A stretch of 14,588 nt of DNA from Okeania sp. (GTDB lineage Bacteria; Cyanobacteriota; Cyanobacteriia; Cyanobacteriales; Microcoleaceae). Within the stretch, counting starts at the first letter, position 1, and each line of letters starts with the position of its first letter. This document shows positions 1-7,702 of the stretch, one piece after another. Position numbers and translations under genes: made by a program. The DNA is taken from the NCBI RefSeq assembly GCF_035285525.1, contig NZ_JAYKGW010000259.1, forward strand, positions 1 to 14,588. Reading direction: 5' to 3'. Under the pieces are notes generated by a model, which was not told the origin of the DNA, did no database searches, and saw nothing but the letters and a program-made list of their open reading frames with translations.

Positions 1-186
1 AAAAGCTTACTAATTTTAGGTGATCCTTGTAGATTGAGACCCGTAAAAATGTAGGTTGGGTTGAGGAACGAAACCCAACAAAAGCTTACTAATTTTAGGT
101 GATCCTTGTAGATTAAGACCTGTAAAAATGTAGGTTGGGTTGAGGAACGAAACCCAACAAAAGCTTACTAATTTTAGGTGATCCTT
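1..186. repeat. 79-bp tandem repeat, about 2.4 copies (units start at 1, 80 and 159; may be truncated by the window edge). Each unit carries the hairpin core GTAGGTTGGGTT-GAGGAACGA-AACCCAAC (family A).
   Basis: Direct reading: units 1-79 and 80-158 differ at only 2 positions (gattGagaccCg vs gattAagaccTg). The third unit breaks off after gatcctt at about 186. Confidence 0.9.
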
Positions 187-286
187 CCAGAAGCAAGCTA
201 CTTTCCATCCTTCGCAATGCTAAGGTGAACAACCCAATCTAAGTCTGTTGCTCCATTTTAGATGTGTCAACCAAACCCCTAAAAAT

Positions 287-382
287 GTAGGTTGGGTTGC
301 AGCTTGCTTCCGCATAGCGGTACGATAGTAAAACCCAACAAAGCTTTACTAATGTTGGGTTTCGTACCTCAACCCAACCTAC
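287..382. repeat. Inverted pair of family-A cores (GTAGGTTGGGTTG ... CAACCCAACCTAC) with extra sequence inserted in the first loop
   Basis: gtaggttgggttg at 287-299 and its reverse complement caacccaacctac ending at 382. The internal gttgggtttcgtacctcaacccaac is the reverse complement of the core seen in 49-78. Confidence 0.75.
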
Positions 383-625
383 GTCTAGGTCTAAACTTGT
401 TATTTTATCGTAGGGGTTTGGTTTCCAAATCCCCTTTTTATTAGGGTTTGAACACCAAACTTTTATAACTAAAAATAGGTTTTAAATCCGGATAATTCCT
501 AATATTAAATCAGGCAAATTTCAAGAATTATTAATATTTATCAAAAAATATTAAATAGCCGTAATAATAATTTAATTCTGTTAAAATAAATACAATATTA
601 AAAAAACTAAACTATTTATTTAGCA

Positions 626-2707
626 ATGTTAAAATACTATTTTTCAAATAATTTAGCTCAAACACTCCTGCTTCAAGGAGGAGCTTGCTGGAAAGACCCA
701 CCTGAATTAGTATGGGTAGAAACTACTTCTAATATTTTAATCACTTTTGCTTTTTATTCTATTGCAGCCTTAATTATCTATTTTACCTATAAACGACAAG
801 ACATACACAAAAATTGGATAACCCCCATTCTAGCGATTTGCATCCTCTTCTATGCCACAACCAATCTAATAGAAACTTGGAATTTATGGTATCCCAATAA
901 TTTACTTTTAGGTTGGCTTGAGCCGATTAGTGCAATTGTTTCTATATCAATTGTTGGTATAATGGTGTCATTAATTCCTACCGCACTAACTATTCCCACT
1001 CCAAATGAATTACAGTTAGTAAATGCTGAATTAACATCAGAAATTAAACGTCGCCAAGAAGCAGAAAAATTAGCTCAGAGCGTAAATGTGTTGTTAGCAA
1101 AACAAGTCAAAAATCGTAGTACAAATTTCACTTGGTTGAGCAATAAATTGTCTGAAACTCTCAGAAAACAACCCCAAGTTAAGGAACAATTACAGTTGAG
1201 TCATTTTGCCATCGAACGTTCTGCTGATGCAGTTTTTTGGATAGCTAAAGATGGAAAATTAATATATGTCAATGACGCAGCGTGTTATTCTTTAGGATAT
1301 TCTCCAGCAGAATTATTATCAATGACGATCCATGATATCAACTCTGATTTTCCTAAAAATTCATGGTCTCTGCATTGGAATTTATTAAAAAAATGCGGTC
1401 ATTTGAAAATAGAAGCTTATCATTTCCATAAAAATAAATATAGATTTCCAGTAGAAATAACTCTTAATCATTTGAAATTTAAAGGTCAAGAATATCAATG
1501 TTTATTTGCAAGAGATATTAGCGATCGCAAAAAAAGTGAAATTGCTCTGCGCAACTCAGAAGCAAGAGAACGAAATAAAGCTGAAGAACTAGAAATGACG
1601 CTCAAAGAGTTGAGACAGACTCAAACTCAATTAATCCAGACAGAAAAAATGTCTAGTTTAGGTCATTTAGTAGCAGGTATTGCCCATGAAATTAATAATC
1701 CAATTAGTTTTATTTACGGCAATATTAAATATAGCAATCAATACATTCAAGACTTCCTAGAATTGATTAACCTTTATCAAAAGCATTATCCTCATCCTCA
1801 CTCAGAAATTCAATCTTACATAGAAGAAATAGAGCTAGATTTTCTCAAGCAAGATGTGGCAAAAATTATGTCTTCAATGCAAACTGGAGCTGAACGTATT
1901 GGTTCCATAGTTTCATCTTTGCGTAATTTTGCCAGATTAGATGAATCAGCCAAAAAATCAGTAAATATTCACGATGGAATTAACAATACATTGTTAATTT
2001 TAAAGAATCGACTAAATCTGGTAACTCAGAAAAAATCAGAAGAGATTCAAATTATTAAAAATTATGGAGATTTACCATTAATTGAGTGTTATCCAGGACA
2101 ATTGAATCAGGTATTTATGAATGTTTTGAATAATGCAATTGATGCCTTAGAAGTTTCCATTTTATCAAATAGTTGGAGGACTCAAAATCAACAGCTAAAT
2201 CATACAGTTTTAGATATGAAAAAGGGAATTAATACTTACAGTCAAACAACTTTAAATATCAGTTCAGAAATTAGTAATAAAAATCTGCAAAGTTATCTAA
2301 AAAAATCAGATTATTATCATAAATATTTAGTTTATAATAGCAATAAAAACAGTGACAAAATACTTGATTTTGCAAAAAAAAATAATCAGGAAAAATTGAA
2401 AAAGCCAACAATTTATATTACTACAAAAATGGTAGATGATAATTTAATATGTATTCGGATTGCTGATAATGGTTTAGGTATGAATGAACAAATATCTAAA
2501 CAAATTTTCGACCCATTTTTTACTACCAAACCTGTAGGTAAAGGTAAAGGTTTAGGATTAGCAATTAGTTATAAAATTATTGTCGAAAAACATCAAGGAA
2601 ATATTCAATGTTATCCTGTATCAGGAGAAGGTTGTGAGTTTGTGATTCAGATTCCAGTTAGGTTGAAAAAACAGGGAACAGTAACATCATTTAATAAAGC
2701 TGGTTAA
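626..2707 (+). CDS. Membrane-bound PAS-domain sensor histidine kinase (HisKA + HATPase_c) with an ethylene-receptor-like N-terminal 3-TM domain
   Basis: 693-aa ORF. The hydrophobic N-terminus has three helices ([53 protein letters not shown]). PAS-like block at aa ~190-302 ([24 protein letters not shown]...[11 protein letters not shown]). H-box [12 protein letters not shown] (His354 = nt 1685-1687). N-box [14 protein letters not shown]1 IADNGLGM, F-box FDPFFTTK, G2 [12 protein letters not shown]1 site inside the CDS. Confidence 0.93.
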   Translation: MLKYYFSNNLAQTLLLQGGACWKDPPELVWVETTSNILITFAFYSIAALIIYFTYKRQDIHKNWITPILAICILFYATTNLIETWNLWYPNNLLLGWLEPISAIVSISIVGIMVSLIPTALTIPTPNELQLVNAELTSEIKRRQEAEKLAQSVNVLLAKQVKNRSTNFTWLSNKLSETLRKQPQVKEQLQLSHFAIERSADAVFWIAKDGKLIYVNDAACYSLGYSPAELLSMTIHDINSDFPKNSWSLHWNLLKKCGHLKIEAYHFHKNKYRFPVEITLNHLKFKGQEYQCLFARDISDRKKSEIALRNSEARERNKAEELEMTLKELRQTQTQLIQTEKMSSLGHLVAGIAHEINNPISFIYGNIKYSNQYIQDFLELINLYQKHYPHPHSEIQSYIEEIELDFLKQDVAKIMSSMQTGAERIGSIVSSLRNFARLDESAKKSVNIHDGINNTLLILKNRLNLVTQKKSEEIQIIKNYGDLPLIECYPGQLNQVFMNVLNNAIDALEVSILSNSWRTQNQQLNHTVLDMKKGINTYSQTTLNISSEISNKNLQSYLKKSDYYHKYLVYNSNKNSDKILDFAKKNNQEKLKKPTIYITTKMVDDNLICIRIADNGLGMNEQISKQIFDPFFTTKPVGKGKGLGLAISYKIIVEKHQGNIQCYPVSGEGCEFVIQIPVRLKKQGTVTSFNKAG

Positions 2708-2721
2708 AGAACGCAGAGGGA

Positions 2722-2751
2722 ATCCCCCCTACCCCCCTTTGAAAGGGGGGA
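2722..2751. repeat. Family-E palindromic element ATCCCCCCTACCCCCCTTTGAAAGGGGGGA (hairpin CCCCCCTTT-G-AAAGGGGGG at 2732-2750)
   Basis: Seen directly, 15 nt after the kinase stop codon. A near-identical copy lies at 9871-9900. Reverse-orientation copies lie at about 13322-13356, 13475-13509 and 14361-14388. Confidence 0.85.
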
Positions 2752-2985
2752 AGCAGAAGAGAAAGAAAGGTTTAATCGGCGATCATAGGGGTTTGGTCTC
2801 CAATTTTTCAGGAACCGTACCCTCTACAAACTCTGAATTTTCCCTTTTTTCTCATGGTAGAACCTTATTCTCTAAAGCAAGTAGAAATTGCTATAATTTA
2901 TCAGTTACAGCAGATTTTATCCTAGTGTAGCTTATGGAAAAAAGAAGCACGCAAGGATTTTGCCACGGATGTGCGGATGGATTTT

Positions 2986-3063
2986 GTAGGGTGCGTTAAT
3001 GAAATGTAACGCACCGCCAATATCAGATATTTCGGTGCGTAACGCTTCGCTAACACACCCTAC
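2986..3063. repeat. Palindromic GTAGGGTGCGTT-type element (outer arms gtagggtgcgtta / taacacaccctac, inner arms acgcaccg / cggtgcgt)
   Basis: The outer 13-nt arms are complementary with one mismatch, and there is an inner 8-bp stem. The same GTAGGGTGCGTT core occurs inside the MITE at 8361-8469. Confidence 0.7.
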
Positions 3064-3145
3064 TGGACTCAAAAAAATTGCGACGTGCTAAGGTGCGACT
3101 CAAAGGAAAAAGGAAAGAAGGATAAAAGAAAAAAGAGGAAAAATC

Positions 3146-3943
3146 CTAGGAACGAGAGACAAATGAGACGACACGAAAACCCATAACGTTGGAGTGGAAG
3201 TCAACATAGTCGTAACTACGCTTGGCATACCGACAATACAAAGAAATGTAGTACCAACTACCGCCACGCAGCACTCTTGTACTAATATCTCCTTGAGTTT
3301 CCCAAGCGCTTCCGTCAGTAGGCGCTCCGTCATAGTTATCATGCCAAATATCTTGACACCATTCCCAAACATTGCCCTGCATATCGTATAAACCAAAAGT
3401 ATTGGGAAGAAAACTTCCCACATCAGTTGTTTCTTTCCGAAATTCTTTTTTAGGAACATAAGCATCAGGATAGTTACCATCGTCGTTAACTAGCTCAGAA
3501 GAAGATGTTGTTGTTCCGGCACGAGAAGCATATTCCCATTGACTCTCACTGGGCAAACTATAAATTTTCCCAGTTTTCGTAGACAGATTTTGGCAAAACT
3601 CTATGGCATCATACCAACTCACATTTTCTACTGGGCGATTTTTTCCTCTAAATATAGAAGGATTTTTATCCATCATAACCTGATATTGTTCTTGAGTAAT
3701 GGGATATTTACTCATATAAAAAGGTGGGAGAGTAACCTCATGTTGCGGGGTTTCATTTTCCTTTTTTTCCTCTTCATTGTCTGGCGAACCCATGAAAAAA
3801 GTTCCCCCAGGAATGTAAACCATTTCTAATTCAATACCATTACCTAAATCTTCTACTAAAATTAATTTTTTCCCACAACTTTGACAGAATATTGTTTCTG
3901 GTGGATTAGATTTTAAACAGTTAGGATTTAAACATTGAGTCAT
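3146..3943 (-). CDS. Zinc-ribbon + FGE-sulfatase / C-type-lectin-fold (SUMF1/EgtB/PvdO family) domain protein
   Basis: 265-aa ORF. C4-x4-C9...C20-x2-C23 zinc ribbon. Family hallmarks: MVYIPGGTFFMGS, HEVTLPPFYMSKYPITQEQY, PVENVSWYDAIEFC, LPSESQWEYASRAG, GLYDMQGNVWEWCQD, RVLRGGSW...GFRVV. Lies 42 bp downstream of uvrB on the same strand. Confidence 0.88.
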   Translation of the reverse strand: MTQCLNPNCLKSNPPETIFCQSCGKKLILVEDLGNGIELEMVYIPGGTFFMGSPDNEEEKKENETPQHEVTLPPFYMSKYPITQEQYQVMMDKNPSIFRGKNRPVENVSWYDAIEFCQNLSTKTGKIYSLPSESQWEYASRAGTTTSSSELVNDDGNYPDAYVPKKEFRKETTDVGSFLPNTFGLYDMQGNVWEWCQDIWHDNYDGAPTDGSAWETQGDISTRVLRGGSWYYISLYCRYAKRSYDYVDFHSNVMGFRVVSFVSRS

Positions 3944-3985
3944 ATCATTTATCAGTCTACTACTGAACTACTTTTTTGATAAATT

Positions 3986-5986
3986 TTAAGAATTACCAAC
4001 TAATTTATCCCGCAAATGCTTAATCTGATCGCGCAATTTAGCTGCCTCTTCAAATTCTAATTTTTTTGCCGCTTCTTTCATCTGAGTTTCTAACTTTTTA
4101 ATTAATTCTGGAACGTCATCTAAAGACAACTCATCTACTTGTTCATAAACCTCTTCCAACTGTTGATAATTTAAACGGCGCGACACATCTAAAAATGCCA
4201 AAATTGCATTACTTTGTTTCTTCACAATAGGCTTGGGTGTAATATTATTCATCTTATTATATGCCAACTGAATGCCTCGTCTTCTTTCTGTTTCATCTAT
4301 AGCTTTCATCATACTATCTGTCAAATTATCTGCATATAAAATAGCCTGACCCCGGACATGACGCGCTGCTCTACCAATGGTCTGAATTAATGAACGTCCC
4401 GACCGTAAAAATCCCTCTTTATCTGCATCTAAAATAGCTACTAAAGAAACCTCTGGTAAATCCAAACCTTCCCTTAATAAATTCACCCCAATTAATACAT
4501 CAAATTCTCCTTCTCTTAAACCCTGTAAAATCTCGATTCTCTGAATAGAATTAATATCAGAGTGTAAATAACGAACCTTGACACTTTGCTCCTGAAAATA
4601 TTCAGTTAAATCCTCAGCCATTCGTTTAGTTAAAGTTGTAATTAAAACCCTCTCTTCCAACTTAACTCTTTCCCTAATTTCCCCTAATAAATCATCAACT
4701 TGACCTTCAGTCGGGCGTACAATAATTTCCGGGTCAACCACACCAGTCGGACGAATAATTTGCTCAACAATTCTCTCCTCAGATTTCTCGATTTCCCAAT
4801 CTCCAGGAGTAGCAGAAACTAAAATACATTGATTAACTTTTTGCCAAAATTCCTCTGATTTTAAAGGTCGATTATCTGCCGCACTAGGTAAACGAAACCC
4901 ATGATCGATTAAAACTTTTTTCCGAGCTTGGTCGCCATTATACATTCCTCGAATTTGCGGAACTGTTACATGAGATTCATCAATAATTAATAACCAATCT
5001 TTGGGAAAATAATCAATCAAACATTCTGGCGGTTCCCCTGCTTTTCTACCTGCTAAATGCCGAGAATAATTTTCCACTCCATTACAATACCCCACCTCTC
5101 GCAACATTTCTATGTCGTATCGACAACGCTGTTCCAGACGTTGAGCTTCTAACAATTTTCCAGTTTTTTCTAACTCCTCTAATCGCTCATTTAATTCTGC
5201 TTCAATATCATTACAAGCTTCTTCTAATCTTTCTTCAGGAGTTACAAAGTGACGTGCCGGATATACATTTAAAGACTCTAAACTTTGAAGAATTTTTCCA
5301 GTTACCGGGTCAATATAACGAATAGCATCTATTTCATCCCCAAAAAATTCTACCCGAATAATTCTATCCTCATAAGCAGGTCCGATTTCCAAAACATCGC
5401 CCTTAACTCGAAATTTTCCTCTACCTAAATCTACATCATTTCTGGTGTATTGAACTGTGGCTAAATCTCTCAATAATTCTCGTTGGTCAATTTCTATTCC
5501 TACTTGCAAACGAATAGCTGCTTTTAAATATTCTGACGGCATTCCTAAACCATAAATACAACTAATTGAAGCCACAACAATTACATCTCGCCGTTCAAAA
5601 AGTGACCGAGTTGCTGAGTGACGTAACATATCAATTTCATCATTGACAGAAGCAGTTTTTTCGATATATGTATCCGTTACTGGAATATAAGCCTCTGGTT
5701 GATAATAGTCATAATAACTAATAAAATATTCTACAGAATTATTAGGAAAAAAATCTCTAATCTCATTACATAATTGAGCAGCTAATGTTTTATTATGAGC
5801 TAAAACTAAGGTCGGTCTGCCAACATTTTCTATAACAGAAGCTATGGAAAAAGTTTTACCCGTACCTGTAGCTCCTAATAATGTTTGAATGTTATGTCCA
5901 GCTTCAATATTGGCAGTTAATTGAGCGATCGCTTGAGGTTGGTCACCTGTAGGTTGAAAAGGAGCTTGTAAATGAAATTTTTCCAT
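3986..5986 (-). CDS. uvrB: Excinuclease ABC subunit B (UvrB)
   Basis: 666 aa, full length. N-terminal [11 protein letters not shown], Walker [18 protein letters not shown] helicase motif II, and the C-terminal UVR motif [14 protein letters not shown]. Confidence 0.97.
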   Translation of the reverse strand: MEKFHLQAPFQPTGDQPQAIAQLTANIEAGHNIQTLLGATGTGKTFSIASVIENVGRPTLVLAHNKTLAAQLCNEIRDFFPNNSVEYFISYYDYYQPEAYIPVTDTYIEKTASVNDEIDMLRHSATRSLFERRDVIVVASISCIYGLGMPSEYLKAAIRLQVGIEIDQRELLRDLATVQYTRNDVDLGRGKFRVKGDVLEIGPAYEDRIIRVEFFGDEIDAIRYIDPVTGKILQSLESLNVYPARHFVTPEERLEEACNDIEAELNERLEELEKTGKLLEAQRLEQRCRYDIEMLREVGYCNGVENYSRHLAGRKAGEPPECLIDYFPKDWLLIIDESHVTVPQIRGMYNGDQARKKVLIDHGFRLPSAADNRPLKSEEFWQKVNQCILVSATPGDWEIEKSEERIVEQIIRPTGVVDPEIIVRPTEGQVDDLLGEIRERVKLEERVLITTLTKRMAEDLTEYFQEQSVKVRYLHSDINSIQRIEILQGLREGEFDVLIGVNLLREGLDLPEVSLVAILDADKEGFLRSGRSLIQTIGRAARHVRGQAILYADNLTDSMMKAIDETERRRGIQLAYNKMNNITPKPIVKKQSNAILAFLDVSRRLNYQQLEEVYEQVDELSLDDVPELIKKLETQMKEAAKKLEFEEAAKLRDQIKHLRDKLVGNS

Positions 5987-6010
5987 GATAGTTTAAAGAT
6001 ATAAAAAACT

Positions 6011-6067
6011 GTAGGGGTTTGGTTTCCAAACCCTAGCTCAGATTAGGTTTGGAAACCAAACCCCTAC
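6011..6067. repeat. Family-B hairpin: perfect 22-bp arms GTAGGGGTTTGGTTTCCAAACC (6011-6032) / GGTTTGGAAACCAAACCCCTAC (6046-6067), 13-nt loop
   Basis: The arms were checked base by base. Half-copies of the same motif lie at 410-434, 2786-2803 and 6195-6213. Confidence 0.9.
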
Positions 6068-6095
6068 TGGACTGTTTCATCGAAAATGGTCCATT

Positions 6096-6157
6096 AGGGA
6101 GTAGGGGAGTAGGGGAGTAGGGGAGTAGGGGAGTAGGGGAGTAGGGGAGTAGGGGAG
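6096..6157. repeat. Octamer tandem repeat (A)GGGGAGT x ~7.7 (STRR-like short tandem repeat)
   Basis: Eight G3-4 tracts at a fixed 8-nt period (6097, 6104, 6112, 6120, 6128, 6136, 6144, 6152). The period is not a multiple of 3 and the region is intergenic. Confidence 0.95.
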
Positions 6158-6349
6158 AAACATTTTTGTAACCTACAGCTATTGAACCATTTAAGGTGAA
6201 ACCAAACCCCTACAATAAAGTATTACAAATTCTCACAAATCACAAGTGATTGCTATACAGTAGATTTCGGGCAAATTAAGTACAGGGTAAATGGTGAAAA
6301 TTTTGTAAGTATACCTTACCCTGATTAATTATCAATTGTTAATTATTAT

Positions 6350-6441
6350 AGGACTAAAGTCATAAGGTACGAAAAATAGGGGTTTGAGATTGGTTCCTGT
6401 TGTCGTATCGGACGAAAATACGTTGCAGTTGCGTAAGTCCT
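6350..6441. mobile_element. MITE-like element C1a (92 bp, ends AGGACT...GCGTAAGTCCT)
   Basis: Roughly 85 percent identical by eye to the reverse complement of 8905-8997. Imperfect terminal inverted repeats. Embedded in TTAATTAT-rich DNA. No coding capacity. Confidence 0.75.
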
Positions 6442-6466
6442 GTATTAATTATTAATTATTAAATTA

Positions 6467-7108
6467 TTAATTATCAAAGTGCTTTTCAATAACTCCAGGA
6501 ATTTCTGCCGAACTAACTCGACTGTATTTAGCCTTACTTGGCATAACTATTATGTTCGGTCCTGCTTTACACTTTTTCAAACATCCAGTTTTTTTAATTA
6601 TTACTTTTTCTTGTAAATTTTTATCAAAAAGTGCTTGAGATAATGCCTGACAAATTTCCTCTGCACCTCGCTTTTGACAATCAGATTTTTTACATATTAA
6701 AATCTGAGCTTTTTTGTTGGCAAATTTAGTATTATCTCCAGTTACTTTTTCTGATTTACTAACAATATCCTTCGTTTTTGGCAACGTTAAATCTCTTATT
6801 GGACTGAAGACATCCTCCCCAGACTTTAAAAGGGGCAAGTTCTGAAAATCTGGTATAATTTCAAAAGCTTTAAGTTCTTCTTCACCAGTTTTTTTACATA
6901 CTGCCATTTCACCAGTTATTTTCACTTCTAAACCTGGTATTAATACAGATGAAAAATTGCGTCGTAAATGCTTGGCTACTTTAACAACATAATTATTTCC
7001 TGCTGGTGTCTCTACATGAATATATTTCAATTTATAACCATCTTTAATAGTAACTTCTTGGATTTTTCCTTCTAAACTGAATTTTTTCAGATACTTGAAT
7101 TTAGACAT
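6467..7108 (-). CDS. Thioredoxin-like [2Fe-2S] ferredoxin-domain protein with an uncharacterised N-terminal domain
   Basis: 213-aa ORF. The C-terminal ~80 aa carry C139-x4-C144-x31-C176-x3-C180 (ILICKKSDCQKRG...KTGCLKKCKAGPNIIVMP), the NuoE/HoxE-type thioredoxin-like ferredoxin cysteine pattern. I do not recognise the N-terminal ~130 aa. Confidence 0.78.
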   Translation of the reverse strand: MSKFKYLKKFSLEGKIQEVTIKDGYKLKYIHVETPAGNNYVVKVAKHLRRNFSSVLIPGLEVKITGEMAVCKKTGEEELKAFEIIPDFQNLPLLKSGEDVFSPIRDLTLPKTKDIVSKSEKVTGDNTKFANKKAQILICKKSDCQKRGAEEICQALSQALFDKNLQEKVIIKKTGCLKKCKAGPNIIVMPSKAKYSRVSSAEIPGVIEKHFDN

Positions 7109-7147
7109 TTTTGATTGTTTGACTGCAAATAATTACTTTTATTAATT

Positions 7148-7244
7148 AATCAGAACTTACACACACCAAACCCAGAAACCCGGTTTCTCCTAAACTTCTT
7201 TTGTTCACAACAATGATTTACCATAGAAACCCGGTTTCTTTGCG
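7148..7244. mobile_element. MITE-like element C3a carrying two AGAAACCCGGTTTCT palindromes, flanked by an 18-bp perfect direct repeat
   Basis: The internal sequence is related to 8817-8904. The left end cagaacttacaca resembles the AGGACTTACGCA terminus. TAATTACTTTTATTAATT occurs at 7130-7147 and again at 7245-7262. Confidence 0.65.
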
Positions 7245-7274
7245 TAATTACTTTTATTAATTCGTGGTATTAAA

Positions 7275-7520
7275 TTAGCTAACCTGCCAACAGTTTTGTA
7301 ACAATTGGACCAACTCACGACGGTTAGCAGTAAATTGTTTTAAGACACTTCGTAATTGGTTAGCCTCATTTATATTTTTTATATTTACCTGCAAAGGCTT
7401 TTCTACTTCGCACCAACAATCAATATCTAACTCTTGTAAACGTCTATAAACTTGCCATCTATCTACAGAACTTACATCTAGAATTTCACAAGTGTTTGGC
7501 TTTTGATTATATTTATTCAT
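7275..7520 (-). CDS. Small conserved cyanobacterial protein, Asr1405/Asl0597-like
   Basis: 81-aa ORF with the motif DRWQVYRRLQELDIDCWC. I recall this motif from the Asr1405/Asl0597 family (memory only, no search). The ORF has clean boundaries and contains no repeats. Confidence 0.6.
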   Translation of the reverse strand: MNKYNQKPNTCEILDVSSVDRWQVYRRLQELDIDCWCEVEKPLQVNIKNINEANQLRSVLKQFTANRRELVQLLQNCWQVS

Positions 7521-7702
7521 ATTTTTTTTTTAATTGAAATATATTAGCACTAAATTTATTCTTAAGTTTTGGTGGAAGTAGATTATGTTTCTACCAATTA
7601 GCCTTTATTCCTGAGTAGAAAACACCTAATAATTTTTCTCAATAATTTGCCAAAAATTTTTGACTAACTCAAAATGTATTCTATCTGTAAATCTGAGCCT
7701 GG

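Noticed and set aside
1-186. Possible CRISPR array (also considered for 13290-13619)
   Set aside because: The whole 79-bp (and 153-bp) unit is duplicated, including the would-be spacers. There are no unique spacers between conserved ~30-37-nt repeats and no cas genes.
2739-2930. 63-aa ORF downstream of the kinase
   Set aside because: It starts inside the family-E palindrome and runs through a family-B fragment. The product is basic and low-complexity. It sits in a convergent spacer.
3102-3143. 42-nt polypurine tract (a single T at 3123) immediately 3-prime of the FGE-domain gene stop codon, with possible H-DNA/triplex or IMH-like function
   Set aside because: It is not a mirror repeat, so triplex potential is unclear. 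It is not GC-rich like DGR IMH elements. It is probably just a U-rich 3-prime UTR on the minus-strand transcript. I am noting it only because it abuts the VR-like block.
2708-3145. Search for a DGR template repeat or reverse transcriptase near the VR-like block
   Set aside because: Nothing in this window resembles the 3167-3268 block on either strand, and no RT-like ORF is present. The DGR idea therefore rests on the VR-like pattern alone.
3100-3829. ORFs 3100-3480 (-), 3194-3391 (+) and 3539-3829 (+) from the track
   Set aside because: They overlap the well-supported FGE-domain CDS in other frames or on the other strand. Their products are low-complexity or hydrophobic with no motifs.
5987-6350. 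LexA-box (RGTACNNNDGTWCB-type) search upstream of uvrB
   Set aside because: No acceptable match was found. The closest candidate, agtattacaaattc, fails at several core positions.
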